From assembly GCA_030041385.1 (NCBI GenBank), contig JASHNY010000203.1, forward strand, positions 4,458-68,457: 64,000 bases of DNA, read 5' to 3'. Made by a program: the position numbers and the translations under genes. The DNA comes from Alphaproteobacteria bacterium. GTDB taxonomy: Bacteria; Pseudomonadota; Alphaproteobacteria; ATCC43930; CGMCC-115725. This document shows, one piece after another, positions 37,397-46,529 of this stretch (position 1 is its first letter; each line of letters opens with the position of its first letter). Below the pieces are notes generated by a model, which was not told the origin of the DNA, did no database searches, and worked only from the letters and a program-made list of their open reading frames with translations.

Positions 37397-39547
37397 ATGG
37401 CAGCCTGGAGGGTGTGGCCGGGCAGTCCCCATCCGCTGGGGGCCACCTGGGACGGCAAGGGGGTGAATTTCGCGCTGTTCTCGGCGCACGCCGAAAAGGT
37501 TGAATTGTGCCTGTTCGACCGCGCCGGCCATCAGGAAGAGGCGCGCATCGAGCTGCCGGAATACACCAACGAGGTGTGGCACGGCTATCTGCCCGAGGCG
37601 CGGCCGAACCAGCTTTATGGCTATCGCGTCTACGGCCCCTACGACCCCGCAGGCGGGCACCGCTTCAATCACAACAAATTGCTGCTCGATCCGTATGCGC
37701 GGGCGATACACGGCGCGCTGCGGTGGAGCGACCCCGTGTTCGGCTATCGCATCGGCAGCCCGCGCGAAGACCTCGCCTTCGACCGCCGCGACAGCGCCCG
37801 CTTTGTCCCGAAATGCCGTGTCGTCGAAACCGCCTTTACCTGGAACCACGACCGTCACCCGCAGACGCCGTGGGAGGAAACCGTCATCCTCGAACTGCAT
37901 GTGCGCGGGTTTACCCGGACCCATCCGAGCGTGCCGGAGGCTCAGCGCGGCACGCTGGCGGGGCTGGCCTCGCCGGCGGTCATCGACTATCTCGTCGATC
38001 TCGGCGTCACCGCGGTGGAATTGCTCCCGATCCAGGCCGGGATCAGTGAGCACGCCCTGGTCCGGCGCGGGCTGGTCAATTACTGGGGCTACAACACGAT
38101 CGGGTTTTTCGCCCCCGATCCGCGCTTTCTGCCGGGCGATGCGATTCGCGAGGTAAAGACCGCGATCCAGCGCCTGCACGAGGCCGGGATCGAGGTCATT
38201 CTCGACGTCGTCTACAACCATACCGGCGAAGGCAACCGTCTCGGCCCGACCCTGTGCTTTCGCGGGATCGACAACCTTTCCTATTACTACCTGCAGGACG
38301 ATCGCCGCCTCTACGTCGATGTCACCGGCACCGGCAACACGCTGAACCTCGAACATCCGCGGGTGTTGCAACTGGTGCTGGATTCGCTGCGCTATTGGGC
38401 GCTCGATATGCGGGTTGACGGGTTCCGCTTCGATCTGTGCGCGGCGCTGGGGCGCGAGCACGGCGAATTCACGCAGCGGAGCGCGTTTTTCGACGCCATT
38501 CTGCAAGATCCCGCATTGGCCCAGCTCAAATTGATCGCCGAGCCATGGGACGTCGGCCCGTCCGGTTATCAGCTCGGCAACTTTCCGCCCGGCTGGGCCG
38601 AATGGAACGGGCAATACCGTGACACGGTTCGGCGGTTCTGGAAAGGCGACAACGGGCTTGTGGCCGTACTCGCCTCCCGCGTCGCCGGGTCGTCAGACGT
38701 GTTCGGCTATCGCGGGCGGCGTCCGTGGGCCAGCATCAACTACATCAGCGCCCATGACGGCCACACCCTGCACGACCTCGTCAGCTACGACAGGAAGCAC
38801 AACGAGGCCAACGGCGAAGGCAACCGCGACGGGCACGAGCCGACCTTCAGCTGGAATTGCGGGGTCGAGGGGCCGACCGACGATCCGCAGATCAACGCCT
38901 TGCGCGACCGGCAAAAGCGCAACCTGCTCGCCACCCTGCTGCTGTCGCTCGGGGTGCCGATGCTGCTTGCCGGCGACGAGATCGGCCGCACCCAGCGTGG
39001 CAACAACAACGCCTATTGCCAGGACAGCCCGATTTCCTGGGTCGACTGGGGTCACATTCGCCTTGAAGACGAGGAGCTGCGCCGCTTCGTCAGCCACTTG
39101 GTGCATCTGCGCCGGCGCCACCGGGTATTTTCGCGGCCGCGTTTTTTCCGCGGCGAAGTGCTGTCCGAAGACGGCCTCAAGGATATCACCTGGGTCACCC
39201 CGGCCGGGGTCGAGGCCACTGCCGAGGATTGGCGCAACCCGTTCGCGCTGTCGTTCGGCTATGTGCTTGGCGGCGCCGCCGGCGAGTTCTTCACCACCGG
39301 CGGGCAGCGCGACATCGATGCCAGCTTCCTGGTGATGATGAACGCCTATCACGGCGATCTCGACTTCATCTTTCCCCAGCTGCCGACCGCGATGGCATGG
39401 GAGGCGCTGATCGATACCGCATTGCCGACCGGGATCGCCGCCGGCGGGGTGTTTTGGCGCGCCGGCGAAGCCTACCGCCTTCAGGCGCGCTCCTTCGTGT
39501 TGTTCATCGACCGCTCGACGGCGGCGCCGGCACGGGGGCGGCGGTGA
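37397..39547 (+). CDS. glgX: Glycogen debranching enzyme
   Basis: PHPLGATWDGKGVNFALFSAHAEKVELCLFD, EVILDVVYNHT, DGFRFDL, LIAEPWD and YISAHDGHTLHD. Confidence 0.95.
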   Translation: MAAWRVWPGSPHPLGATWDGKGVNFALFSAHAEKVELCLFDRAGHQEEARIELPEYTNEVWHGYLPEARPNQLYGYRVYGPYDPAGGHRFNHNKLLLDPYARAIHGALRWSDPVFGYRIGSPREDLAFDRRDSARFVPKCRVVETAFTWNHDRHPQTPWEETVILELHVRGFTRTHPSVPEAQRGTLAGLASPAVIDYLVDLGVTAVELLPIQAGISEHALVRRGLVNYWGYNTIGFFAPDPRFLPGDAIREVKTAIQRLHEAGIEVILDVVYNHTGEGNRLGPTLCFRGIDNLSYYYLQDDRRLYVDVTGTGNTLNLEHPRVLQLVLDSLRYWALDMRVDGFRFDLCAALGREHGEFTQRSAFFDAILQDPALAQLKLIAEPWDVGPSGYQLGNFPPGWAEWNGQYRDTVRRFWKGDNGLVAVLASRVAGSSDVFGYRGRRPWASINYISAHDGHTLHDLVSYDRKHNEANGEGNRDGHEPTFSWNCGVEGPTDDPQINALRDRQKRNLLATLLLSLGVPMLLAGDEIGRTQRGNNNAYCQDSPISWVDWGHIRLEDEELRRFVSHLVHLRRRHRVFSRPRFFRGEVLSEDGLKDITWVTPAGVEATAEDWRNPFALSFGYVLGGAAGEFFTTGGQRDIDASFLVMMNAYHGDLDFIFPQLPTAMAWEALIDTALPTGIAAGGVFWRAGEAYRLQARSFVLFIDRSTAAPARGRR

Positions 39548-41703
39548 GTCGGGTCGACGAATTGCGCCGCGTCGCCTCGCTCGTCGGCATCGCCTGGCGC
39601 CATGTTGACGCGCTCGGCGTGTGGCACGAGCCCGACGAAGAGGCGCTGTTGCGCCTGATCGGTGCGCTGGGCCTGCCGACCGATCCCGACGCCGCAGCGG
39701 CGGCGCTCGCGGCGGAGGCAGCAGCGGCGCCGCTGGGATTGCCGGCCTTGCATGTCGCTGCCGCCGAGGATTCTGCCCCGACCCTGCGCCTGCGGGTGCC
39801 TCCCGGGACCCGGACGATCGAGTGGCAATGCCGGCTCGAAGACGGCCGCGAGTTCGTCGGCACGGGCGCGGCGGGAGACGATACCGGCCCGGCGCTGGCA
39901 TTGCCGGACGGATTGCCGCTCGGCTATCACCGCCTCGACCTTTCTGCCGGCGGCGAAACCGCCACGATCGGGCTTGCGGTCGCGCCGTCGGCCTGTCACC
40001 TGCCGGCGCCATTGAGCGAACGCGCCCGCAGCTGGGGGCTGACCACGCAGCTCTATGGGCTGCGCAGCGAGCGCAACTGGGGCATCGGCGACTTCACCGA
40101 TCTGGCGACGCTCGGCGCCGCGGCCGGATCGTGCGGGGCGGCGACGGTCGGGCTCAACCCGCTCCATGCGCTGTTTGCCGCCGAGCCTCGGCACGTCAGC
40201 CCCTATTCGCCGTCGAGCCGGGGCCACCTCGACTATCTTTACATCGACGTCACCGCCGTGCCGGGTTTTGCCGAGGACGCGGCGGCGCGCGCCCTGGCGC
40301 CGGCAGCGGCGATCGCGGCGTCGCGCACCGGCGACGAGGTCGATCACGCCGCCGTCGCGGCGTTGAAGCGGCCGGTCCTCGAAGCGCTCTACCGCCGCCT
40401 GCGCCGCCGCCGGGATGGGGCGCCGATGGCCGCGTTCCACGCGTTCCAGCGGGAGCGCGGGCCGGTGCTGGCCGCCTTTGCCACGTTCGAGGCGTTGCAC
40501 GAGCATTTCTACCGCCGCGACGGGCGCTTTTCGTGGCACGACTGGCCGGCGCCCTTGCGCGACCCGCGTGCCCCGGCGGTTGCCGAATTCGCCCGCGATC
40601 ACCGCGACCGGATTGAATTCTTTCAGTTCCTGCAGTGGCAGGCCGACCATCAGCTCGGCGCTGCGGCCGCGGCCGGAAAAGCCGGCGGCTTGACGATCGG
40701 CCTCTATCGCGATGCCGCGGTCGGGGTGAACCCGCACGGCGCCGCCGCCTGGGCCGACCAGGAGATGATCTCGCCCGCCGCCGCGATCGGCGCGCCGCCC
40801 GACCCGCTGAGCCGGGCCGGCCAGGATTGGGGCCTCGCGCCGTTCAACCCGCTGACCCTGCGCCGGCGCGGCTTTGCCCCGTTTATCGCGATGCTGCGCG
40901 CCAACATGCGCCATGCCGGGCTGTTGCGGATCGACCACGTCATGGCGTTGCAGCGGCTTTACTGGATCCCGCGCGGATTGCCGGCTCATGCCGGCGCCTA
41001 TGTCAACTACCCGTTCCGCGAGCTTGTGCGGCTGCTCGCGCTGGAGAGCCAGCGCCATTGCTGCGCCGTCGTCGGCGAGGACCTCGGCACCGTGCCGGAC
41101 GGCTTCCGCGAGGCGCTGCGCGCCGCCGACGTCCTGTCGTACCGCATCGTCCATTTCGAACGGCGCAGCGATGCGAGCTACATTCCGCCCGGCGAATATC
41201 CGCCGTTGGCGGCGGCATCGGCGGCGACGCACGACCTTGCCAGCGTTGCAGGGTTCTGGCTCGGGCGCGACATCGACTGGCGCCGCCGGCTCAAGCTCTA
41301 CCCCGATGCCGCCGCCGCGGCGGCCGAGGCCGACGAGCGCGGCCGTGACCGCCGCAAACTGCTCGAAGCGCTGGCCGGCGAAGGGCTGGTCGGGCCGGAT
41401 TGCTTCGACCGGTTTTTGCCGCCCGGCGGCGTTCCGGTCTTTACCCCGGAGCTCGGCGATGCGATCCACGCCTTCCTGGCACGCTCGCGTGCGCGACTGA
41501 TGCTGGTCCAGTTCGAGGATGTCGGCGGCGAGTGCGAGCAGGCGAACCTGCCCGGCACCACCGACGCGCACCCGAATTGGCGTCGGCGCATGACGCGGCG
41601 CCTCGAAGACCTGATCGCCGGGCCGGAACTGGCGCGGGTCGCCGCCCTGGTCTCGGCCGAGCGCCGGCGCCAGGGCACAACGTCGCCGGCAGCGATCAAA
41701 TGA
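39544..41703 (+). CDS. malQ: 4-alpha-glucanotransferase (amylomaltase), long form
   Basis: GTG at 39544 overlaps the glgX stop (GTGA). GH77 motifs GLLRIDHVMAL and VVGEDLGTVP. The ORF-track start at 39229 lies inside glgX. Confidence 0.9.
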   Translation: MSRVDELRRVASLVGIAWRHVDALGVWHEPDEEALLRLIGALGLPTDPDAAAAALAAEAAAAPLGLPALHVAAAEDSAPTLRLRVPPGTRTIEWQCRLEDGREFVGTGAAGDDTGPALALPDGLPLGYHRLDLSAGGETATIGLAVAPSACHLPAPLSERARSWGLTTQLYGLRSERNWGIGDFTDLATLGAAAGSCGAATVGLNPLHALFAAEPRHVSPYSPSSRGHLDYLYIDVTAVPGFAEDAAARALAPAAAIAASRTGDEVDHAAVAALKRPVLEALYRRLRRRRDGAPMAAFHAFQRERGPVLAAFATFEALHEHFYRRDGRFSWHDWPAPLRDPRAPAVAEFARDHRDRIEFFQFLQWQADHQLGAAAAAGKAGGLTIGLYRDAAVGVNPHGAAAWADQEMISPAAAIGAPPDPLSRAGQDWGLAPFNPLTLRRRGFAPFIAMLRANMRHAGLLRIDHVMALQRLYWIPRGLPAHAGAYVNYPFRELVRLLALESQRHCCAVVGEDLGTVPDGFREALRAADVLSYRIVHFERRSDASYIPPGEYPPLAAASAATHDLASVAGFWLGRDIDWRRRLKLYPDAAAAAAEADERGRDRRKLLEALAGEGLVGPDCFDRFLPPGGVPVFTPELGDAIHAFLARSRARLMLVQFEDVGGECEQANLPGTTDAHPNWRRRMTRRLEDLIAGPELARVAALVSAERRRQGTTSPAAIK

Positions 41704-41763
41704 ATTGGCCGGCGACCTGCCTTCGGCCAACATGGCGCCGGCGGAAACGGGGCGGGGCGCGCA

Positions 41764-42870
41764 GTGGACGAGATCGAGGCGGTGGTGGTCGGGGCCGGGG
41801 TGGTCGGCCTCGCAGTGGCGCGCGCATTGGCCCTGGCCGGCCATGAGGCGGTGGTCCTCGAAAAGGCTTACACGATCGGGTTCGAGACTTCCTCGCGCAA
41901 CAGCGAGGTGATCCACGGCGGGCTCTATTATCCGAAGGGCAGCCTCAAGGCGACCGCCTGCGTGGAGGGGCGGCAGCGCCTTTATGCCTATTGCCGGGAG
42001 CACGGGGTTCCGCATTCGCAGCTTGGCAAGCTGATCGTCGCGACCAGCGACGACGAGATTCCCGGCGTCGAGAAGATCGAGGCGGCCGCGCGCGCCAACG
42101 GCGTCGACAACCTCGAATGGCTGAGCGTCGCCGAGGCGCAGCGCCTCGAACCCGAACTCCGTTGCGTCGCAGCGCTGTTGTCGCCTTCGACCGGGATCGT
42201 CGACAGCCACGCGCTGATGCTGGCCTACCAGGGCGACGCCGAGGAAGCCGGCGCGATGGTCGCCTTCAAGACGCCGCTCGTCGGCGGGCGGGTACGGGCC
42301 GACGGGTTCGAGCTGTCGGTCGGCGGCGCCGAGCCGGCGACGATCCGCTGCCGCTATCTGGTCAACGCCGCAGGGCTTTATGCGCCGCTGGTGGCACGTG
42401 CCCTCGACGGGGTCCCGCGCGAAAGCCTGCCGCCCGCCTATTTCTGCCGCGGCTGCTATTTCACCCTGTCGGGCAGGACCCCGTTCCGCCGCCTGATCTA
42501 CCCGGTGCCGGTGCCGGGCGGGCTCGGCGTCCACATCACCCTCGATCTCGCCGGCCAGGCGCGGTTCGGCCCCGATGTCGAGTGGATCCCGGACATCGAC
42601 TACGCGGTCGATCCGCGCCGCGGCGACAAGTTCTACGAGGCGGTGCGGCGCTATTGGCCGGGCCTCAAGGACGGCGCCTTGCAGCCCGGCTATGCCGGCA
42701 TCCGCCCAAAGATCAGCGGCCCCAACGAGCCGGCCGCCGATTTCCTGGTGCAGGGACCGGGCAGCCACGGCGTGCCCGGGCTCGTCAATCTGTACGGCAT
42801 CGAATCGCCCGGCCTGACTGCCTCGTTGCCCCTGGCCGACGAGGCATTGCGCCATTTGGGGCTGCGATGA
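41764..42870 (+). CDS. FAD-dependent oxidoreductase (L-2-hydroxyglutarate oxidase LhgO-like)
   Basis: [28 protein letters not shown] dinucleotide fold, [14 protein letters not shown], and C-terminal [14 protein letters not shown]. Confidence 0.75.
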   Translation: MDEIEAVVVGAGVVGLAVARALALAGHEAVVLEKAYTIGFETSSRNSEVIHGGLYYPKGSLKATACVEGRQRLYAYCREHGVPHSQLGKLIVATSDDEIPGVEKIEAAARANGVDNLEWLSVAEAQRLEPELRCVAALLSPSTGIVDSHALMLAYQGDAEEAGAMVAFKTPLVGGRVRADGFELSVGGAEPATIRCRYLVNAAGLYAPLVARALDGVPRESLPPAYFCRGCYFTLSGRTPFRRLIYPVPVPGGLGVHITLDLAGQARFGPDVEWIPDIDYAVDPRRGDKFYEAVRRYWPGLKDGALQPGYAGIRPKISGPNEPAADFLVQGPGSHGVPGLVNLYGIESPGLTASLPLADEALRHLGLR

Positions 42871-42904
42871 TGTAGGATGGTCGGCGACGTGGAATCCGGT
42901 TGTA

Positions 42905-43136
42905 TTGACCGTGGAGACACGGAGGACACAAAGGTTAGGTAACGCAAAAAGCGCGAGGGATACGCAATGGTCGCGAAGGCGATTTTCCGGGCGCGAAGCG
43001 CCAGAAACCGGCCTTCGGTGCCGAATGATCGCATTGTGCGCTGCGCGCACGAACGCTTTGCGTCCTTCGCGTATCCATCGCGTCCTTCGCGCTAACGATC
43101 CTGTTTTCTTCGTGTCCTCCGTGTCTTCGTGGTGAA
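42905..43136. mobile_element. MITE-like non-coding element (about 232 bp) with imperfect terminal inverted repeats
   Basis: The left end TTGACCGTGGAGACACGGAGGACACAAAG matches the reverse complement of the right end, TTCACCACGAAGACACGGAGGACACGAAG. Internal arms (GCGCGAGGGATACGC / GCGTATCCATCGCGTCCTTCGCGC) also pair. No ORF; ends 21 nt before the ald start. Confidence 0.45.
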
Positions 43137-43157
43137 ATTGCTGTTGGCGGGTCTCAG

Positions 43158-44276
43158 ATGCTGATCGGCGTTCCGAAAGAAATAAAGATCGAGGAGCACC
43201 GGGTCGGCCTCGTTCCTGCCAGCGTGCGGGAGCTGGTCCATCACGGCCACAAGGTCGTCGTCGAGAGCGGCGCCGGTGCCGATATCGGCTTCGACGACCG
43301 CCAGTACGAGGCCGCCGGCGCCGGCATTCTGGCGCGAGCGGCCGATGTGTTCGCGGTCGCCGAGCTGATCGTCAAGGTCAAGGAGCCGCAGCCCGGAGAG
43401 CTCGCCCTGCTGCGCGGCGACCAGGTTATGTTCACCTATTTCCACCTCGCGGCCGACCGTGGGTTGACCGAGGCGTTGCTGCGCTCGGGCGTGGTCGCGA
43501 TCGCATACGAGACCGTGACCGACGCGCGCGGCGGGCTGCCGCTTCTGGCGCCGATGAGCGAAGTGGCGGGGCGGATGGCGGTGCAGGTGGGTGCGCATTG
43601 CCTCGAGAGGGAGCAGGGCGGCAAGGGCATCCTGCTCGGCGGTGTGCCCGGCGTGGCGGCGGCCAAGGTGGTGATCCTGGGCGGCGGCGTCGCCGGCACC
43701 AACGCCGCACGCATGGCGATGGGGATGGAGGCCTACGTCACCGTGATCGACCGCTCATTGCCGCGGCTATACGAGCTCGACCTGCAATTTGGCGCGCAGT
43801 TGCACACGCTGTTCTCGACCGTCGAAACCATCGAGCGCGAGGTCGTCGCCGCCGATCTGGTGATCGGCGCCGTGCTGGTGCCGGGCGCGGCGGCGCCGAA
43901 GCTGGTCAGCCGCGAACTGGTGCGCGCGATGGCGCCGGGCTCGGTCGTTATCGACATCGCGATCGACCAGGGCGGCTGTTTCGAGACCAGCCGGCCGACC
44001 ACGCATGCCGCGCCGACCTATGTCGATGAGGGGGTCGTGCATTACTGCGTCACCAACATGCCCGGGGCGGTGGCCCGTACCTCCGCGGTGGCGCTCAACA
44101 ACGCCACCTTGCCGTTCGCGCTGGCGATCGCCGACCGCGGCTGGCGCCGGGCCTTGGCGGATGACCCGCATCTGCGCAACGGGCTCAACATCGCGAATGG
44201 GCGGGTGACCCATGCCGCAGTGGCGCGCGATCTCGGCCTGGCATTGACCGCGCCGGAGCGCGCCCTTGGAGAATGA
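43158..44276 (+). CDS. ald: Alanine dehydrogenase
   Basis: MLIGVPKEIKIEEHRVGLVP, KVKEPQ, VILGGGVAGTNAARMA and HYCVTNMPGAV. Confidence 0.95.
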   Translation: MLIGVPKEIKIEEHRVGLVPASVRELVHHGHKVVVESGAGADIGFDDRQYEAAGAGILARAADVFAVAELIVKVKEPQPGELALLRGDQVMFTYFHLAADRGLTEALLRSGVVAIAYETVTDARGGLPLLAPMSEVAGRMAVQVGAHCLEREQGGKGILLGGVPGVAAAKVVILGGGVAGTNAARMAMGMEAYVTVIDRSLPRLYELDLQFGAQLHTLFSTVETIEREVVAADLVIGAVLVPGAAAPKLVSRELVRAMAPGSVVIDIAIDQGGCFETSRPTTHAAPTYVDEGVVHYCVTNMPGAVARTSAVALNNATLPFALAIADRGWRRALADDPHLRNGLNIANGRVTHAAVARDLGLALTAPERALGE

Positions 44277-44344
44277 GGCGGGATGCGGCTCTTGAGCCGC
44301 CGCGGTGCGGTTCCTATTTGTCCGAAGGAGGTAAGAGCGCGGTC

Positions 44345-44974
44345 ATGGCGGCATTCCCGATGCCTCTGTTCACGGCAGTCGATCACCGGGCGGATGCGAT
44401 CCCCGGCGGCGACCTGCCGATCGAGCGCATCGACGATGCGGCGCTCGCCGCGATCACCGATCTGTATCGCGAGGTGATGCCGGCGGGCGGCGCCATTCTC
44501 GACCTGATGTCGAGCTGGATCGGCCATCTGCCGCCCGAAATCCCTTATGGCCGCGTCGTCGGCGTCGGCGTCGATGCCGATGTGCTTGCGGAAAACCCGT
44601 TTCTCGACGAGTGGCTGGTGCAGGACCTGAACCGCAATCCGCGGCTGCCCTTTGCCAATGGCGAGTTCGACGGCGCCGCGATCTGCGGCGCGATCCAGCA
44701 TTTGACGCGGCCCGGCGAGGTGATCCGCGAGGTCGCGCGGGTATTGCGGCCAGGCGCGCCGCTGGTCGTGACCTTTTCACAGCGCTGCCTGGCGACGCCG
44801 GCGATCGCCTGCTGGTGCCTATTGGACGATGCCGGCCAGCTTTGCCTCGTTGCCCGGCATTTCGTCGAAGCCGGCAACTGGACCGATATCCGCTGCCTTG
44901 ACCGGACCCCGCCGGGCGGCGGCAGCCCGCTCTACGCGGTGATCGGCACCAGCCTCGGCGGCGAGAGCGATTAG
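44345..44974 (+). CDS. Class I SAM-dependent methyltransferase (Methyltransf_11-like)
   Basis: ATG at 44345. ILDLMSSW ... DLNRNPRLPFANGEFDGAAICGAIQHLTRPGEVIREVARVLRPGAPLVVTFS. Confidence 0.7.
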   Translation: MAAFPMPLFTAVDHRADAIPGGDLPIERIDDAALAAITDLYREVMPAGGAILDLMSSWIGHLPPEIPYGRVVGVGVDADVLAENPFLDEWLVQDLNRNPRLPFANGEFDGAAICGAIQHLTRPGEVIREVARVLRPGAPLVVTFSQRCLATPAIACWCLLDDAGQLCLVARHFVEAGNWTDIRCLDRTPPGGGSPLYAVIGTSLGGESD

Positions 44975-44994
44975 GGCCTTGCGCCGCTGGGGTT

Positions 44995-46167
44995 CTACCG
45001 CGTCAAGGCGCGCATCGCGCTGTCGATGCCGGCGAGGGTCAGCGGGAACATCCGGTTCTCCATGATTTGCCGGATCATGCCGATGCTGGTCGTGCCGTCC
45101 CAGTATTTCTCCGGCACGGGGTTGAGCCACACCGCCTTCGGATAGGTATCGAGCACCCGCCGCATCCAGGTTTCGCCCGACTCGTCGTTCCAGCGCTCGA
45201 CGCTGCCGCCCTCGCGGTCGATTTCGTATGGGCTCATGCTGGCGTCCCCGACCAGCACGATCTTGTGGGCAGGATCATAGGTGCGCAGGATGTCCATGAC
45301 CGGAATCTGCTCGACATGGCGCCGGCGGGAATCCTTCCACACCGTGTCGTAGAGGCAGTTATGGAAATAGAAATGCACGAGGTGCTTGAATTCGCCGCGT
45401 GCGGCGGAAAACAGTTCCTCGCAGATCCGCACGTGGTCTTCCATCGACCCGCCGACATCGAGAAACAACAGCAGTTTGACCGCGTTGTGGCGCTCGGGGA
45501 CCATATGCAGGTCGAGCCAACCGGCATTGTGTGCGGTGCCGCGGATCGTCTGCGGCAGGTCGATCTCCAACTCGGCGCCGTCGCGGGCGAACTGGCGTAG
45601 CCGGCGCAGCGCGATCTTGATGTTGCGGGTGCCGAGCTCGATTGTGTCGTCGAGGTTGCGGAACTCGCGCCGGCCCCACACCTTGGCCGCACGCCGCTCG
45701 CGGCTCTCGCCGCCGATGCGGATGCCTTCGGGGTTGTAGCCGGAATTGCCGAACGGCGAGGTGCCGGCGGTGCCGATCCATTTATTGCCGCCCTGGTGCC
45801 GCCCTTGCTGCTCGGCGAGGCGCTGGCGCAGCGTCTCCATCAACTTGTCCCAGCCGCCCAGCGCCTCGACCTGCGCCTTTTCCTCCGGCGTCAGATAGCG
45901 CTCGGCGAGGTTCCGCAGCCACTCTTCCGGCAGTTCGGTCTTGGGATCAGCCGCCGTCTCTATCCCATTGAAACAACGGCCGAAGACCTTGTCGAACCGG
46001 TCGAGAAAGCGCTCGTCTTTGACCAGCGTCGCGCGCGACAGGTAATAGAAATCGTCGATGTCGAAGGCGGCGACCCGCTTTTGCATCGCCTCCAAGAGGG
46101 TCAGGAACTCGCGCAGCGAGGTCGGCACCTTGGCCGCGCGCAGTTCGAGGAAGAAGGAAGTGAACAT
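44995..46167 (-). CDS. CoxE-type von Willebrand factor A domain protein
   Basis: 390 aa. N-terminal MFTSFFLELRAAKVPTSLREFLTLLEAM and MIDAS-like FLDVGGSM. The overall layout is that of vWA partners of MoxR ATPases. Confidence 0.85.
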   Translation of the reverse strand: MFTSFFLELRAAKVPTSLREFLTLLEAMQKRVAAFDIDDFYYLSRATLVKDERFLDRFDKVFGRCFNGIETAADPKTELPEEWLRNLAERYLTPEEKAQVEALGGWDKLMETLRQRLAEQQGRHQGGNKWIGTAGTSPFGNSGYNPEGIRIGGESRERRAAKVWGRREFRNLDDTIELGTRNIKIALRRLRQFARDGAELEIDLPQTIRGTAHNAGWLDLHMVPERHNAVKLLLFLDVGGSMEDHVRICEELFSAARGEFKHLVHFYFHNCLYDTVWKDSRRRHVEQIPVMDILRTYDPAHKIVLVGDASMSPYEIDREGGSVERWNDESGETWMRRVLDTYPKAVWLNPVPEKYWDGTTSIGMIRQIMENRMFPLTLAGIDSAMRALTR

Positions 46168-46170
46168 CAG

Positions 46171-46524
46171 TTATGCCGAGGGCAGCGGCTTCGGCGTTTG
46201 AACGAGTTCCAGCGTATCGATGTCGCCGTTCCAGTAGGCAACAAGGGCCTCGGCATTCAGCGCGATCCAGGCAGCGACGGCGCCTTCATTCTCGGAAGAC
46301 AGTCGGCCCTCGATTACCCGCGGCGACGGGCCCACTGCGACGATGGTGTTGTCGATGTTCATCTGGTCGCCGTGCGCCACGTTGACCTTGATCCGCACGT
46401 CGTGGCGCGCATTGCCGCGCGGGCTGACCCAAATCGTCATCGGCAGCCCGGTCGTGCGCGGGTAGAGGTTCGCCATTGCGAACAACTCGTCGACGGCGTC
46501 CATCGTCGTGCGATCGGACTCCAT
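46171..46524 (-). CDS. 117-aa protein of unknown function wedged between the MoxR and vWA genes
   Basis: ATG at 46524 is 5 nt after the MoxR stop, and the stop is 3 nt before the vWA ATG. GC3-rich native codon usage, no TM segment or signal peptide. Faint likeness to DUF4160-type small proteins (RHDVRIKV ... AAWIALNAEALVAYWNG); I cannot confirm this. Confidence 0.6.
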   Translation of the reverse strand: MESDRTTMDAVDELFAMANLYPRTTGLPMTIWVSPRGNARHDVRIKVNVAHGDQMNIDNTIVAVGPSPRVIEGRLSSENEGAVAAWIALNAEALVAYWNGDIDTLELVQTPKPLPSA

Positions 46525-46529
46525 CGGAC

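Noticed and set aside
39481-43050. 1189-aa minus-strand ORF, the longest in the track
   Set aside because: It is antisense to malQ and the FAD oxidoreductase, both of which have clear family motifs. Its translation is Arg/Ala/Gly/Pro-rich without motifs, as expected for a stop-poor shadow frame in high-GC DNA.
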